A stretch of 64,000 bases of DNA from Macrostomum lignano (lineage: Eukaryota): the NCBI GenBank assembly GCA_002269645.1, contig NIVC01003899.1, positions 6,861-70,860 of the forward strand, in the 5' to 3' direction. Below the pieces are notes generated by a model that did no database searches, was not told where the DNA came from, and saw only the letters and a list, made by a program, of their open reading frames with translations. The first letter of the stretch is position 1. Every line of letters starts with the position of its first letter. This document shows positions 1 to 14,500 of this stretch, piece after piece. The translations under genes and the position numbers were made by a program.

Positions 1-1838
1 GTGCTGTAGAATAGCTGGTCCACCTAACCTACAGACACAACTCGAACAGATTTCTCTGTCTGTTTGAGGCTCTGGCTCTCAGAGCCGCCGAGAAAGTTTA
101 GTGCCGAGAATGCTTCAGTTTGTTAGAATGCAATCAGAACAGATTCCTAGAAAGTAAGCTAGTCCAGCATCAAGGCAGAACATCTGGATGTGTAACGAAA
201 GTCTCTCGGAGACTCCTGGCTCAGATTATCGCCTAGAAGTGCTGTGGAGTAGCTGGTCCACCTAACCTACAGACACAACTCGAACAGATTTCTGTCTGTT
301 TGAGGCTCTGGCTCTCAGAGCCGCCGAGAAAGTTTAGTGCCGAGAATGCTTCAGTTTGTTAGAATGCAATCAGAACAGATTCCTAGAAAGTGAGCTAGTC
401 TAGTATCAAGGCAGAACATCTGGATGTGTAACGAGAGGCCCTCGGAGATTCCTGGCTCAGATTATCGCCTAGAAGTGCTGTAGAATAGCTGGTCCACCTA
501 ACCTACAGACACAACTCGAACAGATTTCTCTGTCTGTTTGAGGCTCTGGCTCTTAGGTGGTCCACATAACCTACAGACACAACTGAAGCAGCTCTCTCAG
601 TCTGTTTGAGGCTTTGACTCACAGTAGCTGGTCCACCTAACCTACAGACACAACTCGAACAGATTTCTCTGTCTGTTTGAGGCTCTGGCTCTCAGAGCCG
701 CCGAGAAAGTTTAGTGCCGAGAATGCTTCAGTTTGTTAGAATGCAATCAGAACAGATTCCTAGAAAGTGAGCTAGTCCAGCATCAAGGCAGAACATCTGG
801 ATGTGTAACGAGAGGCTCTCGGAGATTCCTGGCTCAGATTATCGCCTAGAAGTGCTGTAGAATAGCTGGTCCACCTAACCTACAGACACAACTCGAACAG
901 ATTTCTCTGTCTGTTTAAGGCTCTGGCTCTCAGAGCCGCCGAGAAAGTTTAGTGCCGAGAATGCTTCAGTTTGTTAGAATGCAATCAGAACAGATTCCTA
1001 GAAAGTGAGCTAGTCCAGCATCAAGGCAGATCATCTGGATGTGTAACGAGAGGCTCTCGGAGATTCCTGGCTCAGATTATCGCCTAGAAGTGCTGTGGAG
1101 TAGCTGGTCCACCTAACCTACAGACACAACTCGAACAGATTTCTCTGTCTGTTTGAGGCTCTGGCTCTCAGAACCACCGAGAAATTTTAGTGCCAAGAAT
1201 GCTTCATTTTGTTAGAATGCAATAAGAACAGATTCCTAGAAAGTGAGCTAGTCCAGCATCAAGGCAGAACATCTGGATGTGTAACGAGAGGCTCTCGGAG
1301 ATTCCTGGCTCAGATTATCGCCTAGAAGTGCTGTGGAGTAGCTGGTTCACCTAACCTACAGACACAACTCGAACAGATTTCTCTGTCTGTTTAAGGCTCT
1401 GGCTCTCAGAGCCGCCGAGAAAGTTTAGTGCCGAGAATGCTTCAGTTTGTTAGAATGCAATCAGAACAGATTCCTAGAAAGTGAGCTAGTCCAGCATCAA
1501 GGCAGAACATCTGGATGTGTAACGAGAGGCTCTCGGAGATTCCTGGCTCAGATTATCGCCTAGAAGTGCTGTAGAATAGCTGGTCCACCTAACCTACAGA
1601 CACAACTCGAACAGATTTCTCTGTCTGTTTGAGGCTCTGGCTCTTAGGTGGTCCACATAACCTATAGACACAACTGAAGCAGCTCTCTCAATCTGTTTGA
1701 GGCTTTGGCTCTCAGAAGGTGGTTCACCTCACTCACAGACACAACTCGAACAGATTTCTCTGTTTGTTTGAGGCTCTGGCTCTCAGGTGGTCCACATAAC
1801 CTACAGACACAACTGGAACAGATTTCTGTGTCTGTTTG
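1..1838. repeat. Satellite-like tandem array, ~238-bp unit interspersed with ~70-bp sub-units
   Basis: Unit beginning GTGCTGT(A/G)GA(A)TAGCTGGTCCACCTAACCTACAGACACAACTCGAACAG recurs at ~1, 239, 476, 852, 1090, 1328 and 1566. Truncated GGTCCAC(C/A)TAACCTACAGACACAAC sub-units occur at ~555-650 and ~1645-1838. Confidence 0.95.
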
Positions 1839-2925
1839 ATTGTCAGTTAATTTTATTTTCTACCTTTGTAGGAGCCTGTGGTTGATTTTGTTCGCCTGAG
1901 CTCGACGAGACTGACTGCGTTTCACCGAGATGAAGGTTAAAACGAACTGTAAAAGAAGATTCAAACCACTAATTGACGAGAAATATAGAAAGGTTCATCA
2001 TAGAGCTGAGCTGACGAAAGCGGATTCGATGGCTGAGTAAGCTGAAATTCGTGAGAGAGGCAATGACAGATCAATAACAGAAGCGGTCCCGGACCACGGA
2101 GGCAGGGAAGGTCCAGGAGAATATTTCGTAGAAAAAATAAGAAGATTAAGCCATCATCTGCGTGAACGAAAAGATGAAAGTCGGTAAAATGATTGGCTTA
2201 TCATATGATTGCTCACCAACTCATTCAGTATAATAGGACTGATGTAGTCAAATCAATTTAATTTCAGTTTTAGTAACTTTTGTCGTTATTAAAAATGCCC
2301 TTCAACTTCTTGTAGGCTCGTACTCGGATGACCTTTTTTAACTAATGGAATCTTACGTTTGTTAACATGTATTTGAAGCATACATTTTGACCTAAATTAG
2401 TTTTAATGAGTTTACAGTTAGTATTTGATATGATTCGGTATTTATTTTCAAAATGCTTTATTTTCATTCACCTTCTTGTATTCACGCGACGCAACTAACT
2501 AATGCGATCGTACATTTGTTTAACCCGATTAACCCGATTAGTAATGCTAAATAAATTGGTTTGAACTTGGGATATTTTCATTAAATGACGTCGTAACCCT
2601 TTTATCTGTTCTTTTGAGAATTTCTGTTTTAATTAGTTCAAAAGAACAGTTTAAAGCAATAAATTTTCTACAACGAAAGAGGTCTAACTAAACCAACTGT
2701 TTTTTTGCGGTCCACCTAACCCGGTCCCCAAAACGTAGTTAGTGAACCACCACAGTTTCCCCGAACTGGCTATTCCGTCAAGTTAACAAAAAGATAACCC
2801 TAGCTAGCCTTTCGCGTTGTCAAAACAGACTCTATTTTTTAACCGGAATTGCGTGGTCCACGTAACGCATTAACATAACTCAGGTCCCGCTAAACACACA
2901 GACAGTCGTAAGAGTGTCTGTCTGT

Positions 2926-5535
<2,610 letters not shown>

Positions 5536-5562
5536 TAGTGAGTGAGCCGGTCAGGCACTCAC

Positions 5563-8500
5563 GGATCTGGCCACACTATTTATTTTTTGCGGCCGGCCGG
5601 CAAGAGAGAGCAGCCGCCTGGCCTGCGGGTAGCCGGCAGGCCGCAGCTGCAGGTCCATGAGGCGGGACTTCTCAGTGAGCCCCAGGAAGCGATAGGTGCG
5701 CTGGATGACGCTAAGGTTGGGGTTTTTGCAGCGATCACTGAAATTGATGATGAGTTCGCCCAGCTTCTGCAGCGGCAGCAGCAGCTCGCGCATCCACACG
5801 GACCGAGTGGCCGGATCCTCGCCGAGGATGCTGCTGTCCTGGCAGACGATATTCAAGATAAACACCAGGCCGATCTCGCAGTTCATCTGGCCCATCTGCA
5901 CGAAGGCCTGCTCCAGGCACCGGATGTCCCGGGTCGCGTCGCCCAGCAGAAGTCGGCAATAGGCGGCGTCCTGGTGAGCGGCCACCAGCTCGGCCTTGCC
6001 GACGGCCTTCCGCAGAGCCTCCCGGGCCTTGTCTTGAGCCTCCTGGTTCCGCTTTCTATCCCAGTGCGAGTAATCCTCCTCAGCCAGAGCTGTGGCGTAC
6101 TGCGATAGAAGCTGCTCATCGTCGGCCTGCGGGAGTGCAAACGGCTCGGCTGAATGAACCACCGTCCAGCATTTTGTAATTCCCCACCCTCCAGCATTGC
6201 AATTCCCCAGCATGTAGCATCGAGAATTCCCCACCCCACCCTCTAGCATTGTAAGTCCTAACCCTCCAGCATCCAGAATGCTCCACCTTCTAGCATCTAG
6301 AATTTCCCACCCTCCAGTATAGAGAATTCCCCACCCCCAGCATCGAGAATTCCTCACCCTCCAGCATCGAGAATTCCCCACTCTCCAGCATCAAGAATTC
6401 CCTAAAATCCAGCATCGAGAATTCCCTACCCTCCAGCATCGAGAATTCTCCACCCCACCCTCTAGCATTGTAATTCCCAACCCTCCAGCATCGAGAATGC
6501 TCCACCATGTAGCATCGTGAATTCTCCTCTCCAGCATTTACCTCGGAGGCGTACTTCCAGGCCTCATTGATGTAGCCGTGGTCGTACATAAACACGGCGG
6601 CTTCGCGCTTCTGATTCTCGGCAGCGTAGGCCGCCGCAGCCGACGGCAGCTCTTTGTGCTCAACAAAGAACATGACCCGCTCCTCCAGCGGCAGCGACTG
6701 CACCATCTTCTCCAGTTTCTCTTTGTTGTTCTCCCGGTTGTAGGCCTTGGCGCCGCGCAGCAGGATCACTTTGTCGTCGGGCAGCCTGGCCAGCTCGGCC
6801 TCCAGACGGGCGGCGTCGCCGGCGCAGCGCTGCTCGGCCTCCCGCTTGGCCTGCTGCCGGGCCTCGAACGCCTCAATGTAGAGCCGGTGCTGCAGCAGGT
6901 ATTTGGCAGCTTGGGCGGCCCGGCCGGACAACTGCAGCGCCTCGGCTGCCCGGATGTAGTTCTGCGACTTGTCGAACACCTGCAGTGTCGCATCGAATGG
7001 GAAATTAAATAATTGAATTGATTAAAAAAATAGGACCAACTGTCTACCAGAATCTTCGCCTACTATCTAACAAAATCATCATCCGCCATCTACCAGAATC
7101 ATCATCCGCCATCTACCAGAATCATCATCCGCCATCTACTAGAATCATCGTCTACCATCTACCAGAATCATCATCCGCCATCTACTAGAATCATCGTCTA
7201 CCATCTACCAGAATCATCATCCGTCATCTACCAGAATAATCACCCGCTATCTACCAGAATCATCACCCGCTATCTACCAGAATCATCACCCGCTATCTAC
7301 CAGAATCATCACCCGCTATCTACCAGAATCATCACCCGCTATCTAGCAGAATCATCACCCGCTATCTACCAGAATCATCATCCGCTATCTACCAGAATCA
7401 TCATCCGATATCTACCAGAATCATCATCCGCTATCTACCAGAATCATCACCCGCTATCTACCCGAATCATCACCCGCTATCTACCAGAATCATCACCCGC
7501 TATCTACCAGAATCATCATCCGCTATCTACCAAAATCATCATCCGCCATCTACTAGAATCATCGTCTACCATCTACCAGAATCATCACCCGCTATCTACC
7601 AGAATCATCACCCGCTATCTACCAGAATCACCATCTGCTATCTACCAGAATCATCATCCGCTATCTACCAGAATCATCACCCGCTATCTAGCAGAATCAT
7701 CACCCGCCATCTACCAGAATCATCACCCGCTATCTAGCAGAATCATCATCCGCTATCTACCACAATCATCAACCGCTATCTACCAGAATCATCACCCGCT
7801 ATCTACCAGAATCATCATCTGCTATCTAGCAGAATCATCACCCGCTATCTAGCAGAATCATCACCCGCTATCTACCAGAATCATCACCCGCTATCTACCA
7901 GAATCATCATCCGCTATTTACCAGAATCATCATCCGCTATCTACCAGAATCATCACCCGCTATCTAGCAGAATCATCACCCGCCATCTACCAGAATCATC
8001 ACCCGCTATCTAGCAGAATCATCATCCGCTATCTACCACAATCATCAACCGCTATCTACCAGAATCATCACCCGCTATCTACCAGAATCATCATCCGCTA
8101 TCTACCAGAATCATCACCCGCTATCTACCAGAATCATCACCCGCTATCTACCAGAATCATCACCCGCTATCTAGCAGAATCATCACCCGCCATCTACCAG
8201 AATCATCATCAGCTATCATGGGTGTTAGGCCATACACATCTAAAAGTGCAGACATCACACCATGCACGCGCTCACCCTGAACACGCGGTTATATTGGCCC
8301 AACAGCTGAAACAGGTTTGCCGCTAGCAGAGGCTGCCGGCCGTGCTCAAGACACTTGGCCGCCTGCTCAATCCAGCCGAGTTTCAAATAGATCCTAGCGG
8401 CCGATACGAAATCCTCGCGCTGCTGCTTCGGCTCGGTGAGTTTCAGAGCCCGCAAAGCCTTGCCATTAGCTTCGGCCAGTTGTTTGAGATCGGCGTCGCC

Positions 8501-11500
8501 TGACCGATTATAGCACTTGGCGGCCAGGTCGAACAGGCGCCTGCAGTAGAACTCGTGGCCTTTGGCGCGCCACTGCTCCGGACTGGAGGTGGCGGCGAAA
8601 CCGTCGGCGCATTCCAGCGACAGCTCAAGCGACTCGCTGCCCGTGGCAACCACGTTAACGACCTTGAGGTGGGCGTCAAAGTGTATTGTATTTTTAATAG
8701 AGAATTTCAGGCCGAGTAAAGGACACTACACTGACAAATTGGTTGTTGTAGCCAGCTTCCAGCCCAGGGACCTCTGTAGTTTGCGCCTCGGTAGCTGGTT
8801 GTGCCCCCCTCTGTAGCTGGTTGTGAACCCTCTGTAGCAGGCTGTGCCCCCTCTGTAGCTGGTTGTGCTCCCTCTGTAGCTGGTTGTGCCCTCCTCTGTA
8901 GCTGGTTGTGAACCCTCTGTAGCTGGTTGTGCCCCCTTCTGTAGCTGGTTGCGCCCCCTTCTGTAGCTGGTTGTGCCCCCTCTGTAGCAGGTTGTGCCCC
9001 CTCTGTAGCTGGTTGTGCCCCCCCCTCTGTAGCTGGTTGTGCCCCCCTCTGTAACTGGTTGTGCCTCTCTGTAGCTGGTTGTGCCCCCTCTGTAGCTGGT
9101 TGTGAACCCTCTGTAGCAGGTTGTGCCCCCTCTGTAGCTGGTTGTGCCCCCCCCTCTGTAGCAGGTTGTGCCCCCCTCTGTAACTGGTTGTGTCCCCTCT
9201 GTAGCTGGTTGTGCCCCCTCCGTAGCTGGTTGTGCCCCCCTCTGTAGCTGGTTGTGCCCCCTCTGTAGCTGGTTGTGCCCCCTCTGTAGCTGGTTGTGCC
9301 CCCTCCGTAGCTGGTTGTGCCTCCCCCGTAGCTGGTTGTGCCCCCCTCTGTAGCTGGTTGTGCCCCCTCTGTAGCTGGTTGTGCCCCCTCTGTAGCTGGT
9401 TGTGAACCCTCTGTAGCAGGTTGTGCCCCCTCTGTAGCTGGTTGTGCCCCCCTCTGTAGCTGATTGTGCCCCCTCTGTAGCTGGTTGTGCCCCCCTCCGT
9501 AGCTGGTTGTGCCCCCTCTGTAGCTGGTTGTGCCCCCTCTGTAGCTGGTTGTGCCCCCTCTGTAGCTGGTTGTGCCCCCCTCCGTAGCTGGTTGTGCCCC
9601 CTCCGTAGCTGGATGTGCGCCCCTCTGTAGCCTATCTGAGCGCAGGCACATACGGGCTGGAGCTAACCTGCATAGTTTTGAAGAACTCAAACATCGGCTT
9701 GCGAACTTCAACATCTTCGTCAAAAATCCACACGTTCACTCTGGCCCTGGTGACCGCCGTGTACAGGTGCTTGAGCACGCTATTAAGTATCTTGTGCTCG
9801 CCGGCGCTGAACTCAATTGGCCGGCTGGACCGCTTGGCGTACTCTGCAAGGTCCAGCTGCTTCAGCAGGGCGCCGGGCGTAGCGGCGGTGCTGCCGCCGG
9901 CTCCATTGGTGGAGGCCGCCTCGCTGACTAAGTCGCGCAGAACTGCGCTTGCAACCCGCCAATCCTGTGAAGGGTTGTGGGAAATAGATTTATTGGGTAG
10001 AGCGGGTAGATTTATTAGGTAGAGCGGGTATATTTATTTGGGTAGAGCGGGTAGACTTATTTGGGTAGAGCGGGTAGATTAATTTGGGTAGAGCGGGTAG
10101 ACTAATTTGGGTAGAGCGGGTAGATTTATTTGGTAGAGCGGGTAGATTTATTTGGGTAGAGCGGGTAGATTAATTTGGGTAGAGCGGGTAGACTAATTTG
10201 GGTAGAGCGGGTAGACTAATTTGGGTAGAGCGGGTAGACTAATTTGGGTAGAGCGGGTAGACTAATTTGGGTAGAGCGGGTAGACTAATTTGGGTAGAGC
10301 GGGTAGACTAATTTGGGTAGAGCGGGTAGACTAATTTGGGTAGAGCGGGTAGACTAATTTGGGTAGAGCGGGTAGACTAATTTGGGTAGAGCGGGTAGAC
10401 TAATTTGGGTAGAGCGGGTAGACTAATTTGGGTAGAGCGGGTAGACTAATTTGGGTAGAGCGGGTAGACTAATTTGGGTAGAGCGGGTAGACTAATTTGG
10501 GTAGAGCGGGTAGATTTATTTGGGTAGAGCGGGTAGACTAATTTGGGTAGAGCGGGTAGACTAATTTAGGTAGAGCGGGTAGACTTATTTGGGTAGAGCG
10601 GATAGATTACAATGAGTGAAGGAAAACCTTTGAGAGTAAGTGAGTGTTTCGTAGGTAGAGAACAATATCTAATCTAACCTTTTCACTGGCGGGCGAGTCC
10701 TTGAAGAAGTTGTACAGCAGCACGTCATCAAATTCGAGGCCCTTGGACTCGTACACGGTGAGCACCAGGGCGATGGACAGCTCGGGCACATTCTCAACTA
10801 GATAGCGCCTGGCCTCATCGCTGGCCACAATAATAGCCTGATGGGCGCCAAAGTCGATGTGCGCGTTGCTCTTGCGCCTGGCGCCCTGCAGCAGGAAGGC
10901 CAAGTCGGTGGCAGAGCAGGACTCAATAAGCACGGGCTTGGGCCCGGGGAACAGGCCCATGTCCGGCTCAAGCGGGTCGAACGTGCTGGGGAACAGGCGG
11001 CCCAGCAGCAGGATAACGCAGGAGGCCAGGCCCAGAATGCCCGAGTGGCTTCTGTAGTTGTGCGTCAGCACCTGCAGCCCGTCCGGCATGCGTAGCGCCC
11101 CGGTGGCGCCCTGCGACTGCAGGCCCCGCCTAGCGTGATGGAACAGAGTCTTCAAGTCGGTGAATCGGAACGACACGCCACGCATGATGCTCTGCGCGGT
11201 GTCGCCGGTGAAGAACATCCTGTTGGGGTCCTGGCAGCAGCGGAGCAGGAGGCTCAGCTCGGCCTGAGTGAAGTCCTGCGTCTCGTCAACAAAGATCGCG
11301 TGCAGAGCCCAGTCCTCTTCGGGCGACGGAGCGGCTGACTCGGCCAGCCAGACGGTCTGGCGGCGGTACAGACAGGCCACCAAGTCGTTCATGTCGAACA
11401 GTCCCAGGTCACGCAGCAGGCGCTGGTACTCTTCAAACAGTCGGTAAACTCGTTCGCGCGAATCGGCAAACTCGGGCGCGCGTTTCTTGCCGAGCTCGCG

Positions 11501-14500
11501 GTACTTGGCCAGCGACAGGAAGCCGCCTGGCGAGTTCAAGGCCTCTACAGAGCCTTTGATGAAGGACACCAGCTCTGTCCAAACCAGGCTGGGCTGCAGA
11601 CCCGAGCGCAGCTTGCTGGGCAGCTTCTCCCACAGGCTGGTTGAGAACAACTCGTAGGTGACCTCGCGCCGCCTGTCCTCCAGCTGCTGCGGCGCCGGAT
11701 TCTGCTGATCCGCGTTGGCGCCGCCCGCTCCGGCAACGTCGGCACCGCCTTCGACGCCGCCGCCATCGGCGTTGCCGTCATCGTAGTAGTTGGCCGCGTC
11801 AAACAGATCGTCGGCGGTGGAGTCCAGCAGGAACTCGATGTCCGCCTCCTCATCCTCCCAGCCCGGCACCTGAGCGTGGAAAATTGCGAGCACAGTATGA
11901 TCGATGTACAGAATGACCTCCGATCTAGTATGACCGATTTACTAAATAACCCCCTCCCCCATCTCAATATGACCGAACCATTAAATGACCACTACTTCAA
12001 TATGACCGATGCACTCAATGACCCGCAGTTTCAAATGAACAGCATCTTAGTTATGACCAAATCTAGATGGCCTTCAGTTCAGTTATGACCAAATCTAGAT
12101 GACCTTCAGTTCAGTTATGACCAAATCTAGATGACCTTCAGTTCAGTTATGACCAAATCTAGATGACCTTCAGTTCAGTTATGACCAAATCTAGATGGCC
12201 TTCAGTTCAGTTATGACCAAATCTAGATGACCTTCAGTTTAGTTATGACCAAATCTAGATGACCTTCAAGTTCAGATATGACCAAATCTAGATGACCTTC
12301 AGTTCAGTTATGACCAAATCTAGATGACCTATGATTTAGTATGACCAGAAGCTGTCCTACTAAGCTGCCAAAACGCTCACCTTCTTGGCCAGACTGCCGT
12401 CCTCGTTGCGCTGAAAGAACGGCTGACCGGGCAGACTGGCGTCCAGCAGCATCCACAGCTGCTTGGAGCTGACAAACATGGGGAAATGACCGGAATTGGC
12501 CACCTGCAGCCGGTTTGGCAGTTCGAACTCCGGCTCCGGCAGCTCGGCGTCCCGCAGGCCGGCGCACAGATCGTAGAAGTTTTTGCGGACCTCTCGGCAC
12601 AGCACCGGGTTTTTAGTGACGAACAGCTGGCGAAGATGGTCGAACTGCGGCTCCGGCGCGTCCTCATTGTCGGAACCGACGTCGACGGCTGAAGACGCGA
12701 CTGCGGCGGCCTCCTCTTCGTAGGTGTCGGTGGCATCGCTGTTGGTTGTGCGATTCCGGTTCCTGACGCGGCCGCGGTGCCGGCCTCTGTGCCGCTGGTC
12801 GGCCTCGCCGCCGGCCGCATCGCCAGCGTCATCGGCGGCGTCCGCGTCCTCGTCAGACTGGGCGCCATCGTCGGCGGCGTCGGGATCGACCTTTGATAGT
12901 TCGAGGGCGACGACCTTCGAGGATTTATCATTTTTCAAACATCCCACTGACCCACTGCTAACTGACTCCCTCCATGACATACTGCTGACTAGTCAAATGA
13001 CCCACTAATGACCGACCCAATCGATGAATGAACCACCTGCTAACTGACCCTCTGATTCTGACCCACTGCTGACTGCCCGTTCTATTACTAATGAGGCATT
13101 CACTCGATGGCCCACTGAACGCCTGCCTCATTCTATGACCCACTGATGACTGACCCATTCTATGACCCACTGATGACTGACCCATTCTATGACCCACTGA
13201 TGACTGGCTCATTTTATGACCCACTGATGACTGGCTCATTTTATGACCCACTGATGACTGGCTCTTTTTTTGACAAACTGATGACTGACCCATTCTATGA
13301 CCCACTGATGACTGACCCATTCTATGACCCACTGATGACTGACCCATTCTATGACCCACTGATGACTGACCCATTCTATGACCAACTGATGACTGACCCA
13401 TTCTATGACCCACTGATGACTGACCCATTCTATGACCAACTGATGACTGGCTCTTTTTTGACCAACTGATGACTGACCCATTCTATGACCCACTGATGAC
13501 TGGCTCATTTTATGACCCACTGATGATTGACCCATTCTATGACCCACTGATGACTGACCCATTCTATGACCCACTGATGACTGGCTCATTTTATGACCCA
13601 CTGATGACTGGCTCTTTTTTTGACCAACTGATGACTGACCCATTCTATGACCCACTGATGACTGACCCATTCTATGACCCACTGATGACTGACCCATTCT
13701 ATGACCAACTGATGACTGACCCATTCTATGACCCACTGATGACTGACCCATTCTATGACCAACTGATGACTGACCCATTCTATGACCCACTGATGACTGA
13801 CCCATTCTATGACCCACTGATGACTGACCCATTCTATGACCAACTGATGACTGACCCATTCTATGACCCACTGATGACTGACCCATTCTATGACCCACTG
13901 ATGACTGACCCGTTCTATGACCCACTGATGACTGACCCATTCTATGACCCACTGATGACTGACCTATTTTATGACCCGCTGATGACTGATTGACTGACCA
14001 TTCTATGACTCAATCGTGGCAAAAGCTCTCAAACGCACCAGTCTGTACAGGCGGCGCCGCGGGATAATCGGGTTGGCCTCCGAGCGGACCTGCCGCCAAT
14101 AGTCGGAAAATTCGGAGAACATTCTAAACACGCAGCAAGTTGTCTTGCCTGTGCCGCTCCGACCAATGAGCAGCACCGGAGACTCGGAGCTCAGCTCGAT
14201 GATTGCGTGCTCCTGCTCGGTGACACGGAACGGCAGATCAATTCTCGCCTCGCCAGTGAGAATATCGGCAATGAGGCTGGCGTCCCAGCTATAGAACTTC
14301 ATCATGTGATACTCGGTCTCCTTGGAGGCGCCAGGCGGCTGGAAACGGACGAGGTCGGAGGACCCGCCGCCGCCGCCGCCAGAAACGACACTGTAGGTGC
14401 GCGGCAGGATGCGGCCAGCATTAGCGGCGTTGTCGCGGGCTAAAGCCGAGGCGGCTGCGGCTGCGGAGTTCAACTCGCGGGCAAGCGCGCAGGCGGCGCC

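Noticed and set aside
2005-2060. CTGACGA...GAAA as a second hammerhead
   Set aside because: No compatible stem I or stem III and no UH cleavage triplet could be paired.
1840-2925. Possible next TRANK1 exon between the two left-hand repeats
   Set aside because: In the GC-richer part I translated (~1860-2220), no acceptor gave a convincing phase-0 open frame with TRANK1-like or coding-like composition; the rest is AT-rich and non-coding-like.
5542-6108. Plus-strand ORFs antisense to TRANK1, FkbM, XBP1 and SETD2 exons
   Set aside because: These are shadow ORFs of GC-rich coding sequence; the minus-strand frames carry the recognisable motifs.
8707-9723. ORFs running through intronic minisatellites (for example GAQPATE, MTDPFYDPL, IQVFRYSG, SVYPKTTSG repeats)
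   Set aside because: They lie within GT-AG introns or intergenic arrays, and the openness is a by-product of stop-free units.
13130-14008. TGATGA/CTGA (C/D-box-like) motifs in the 27-bp intronic repeat as snoRNAs
   Set aside because: The boxes are adjacent within each unit, with no terminal stem or guide segment; this is a coincidence of the repeat.
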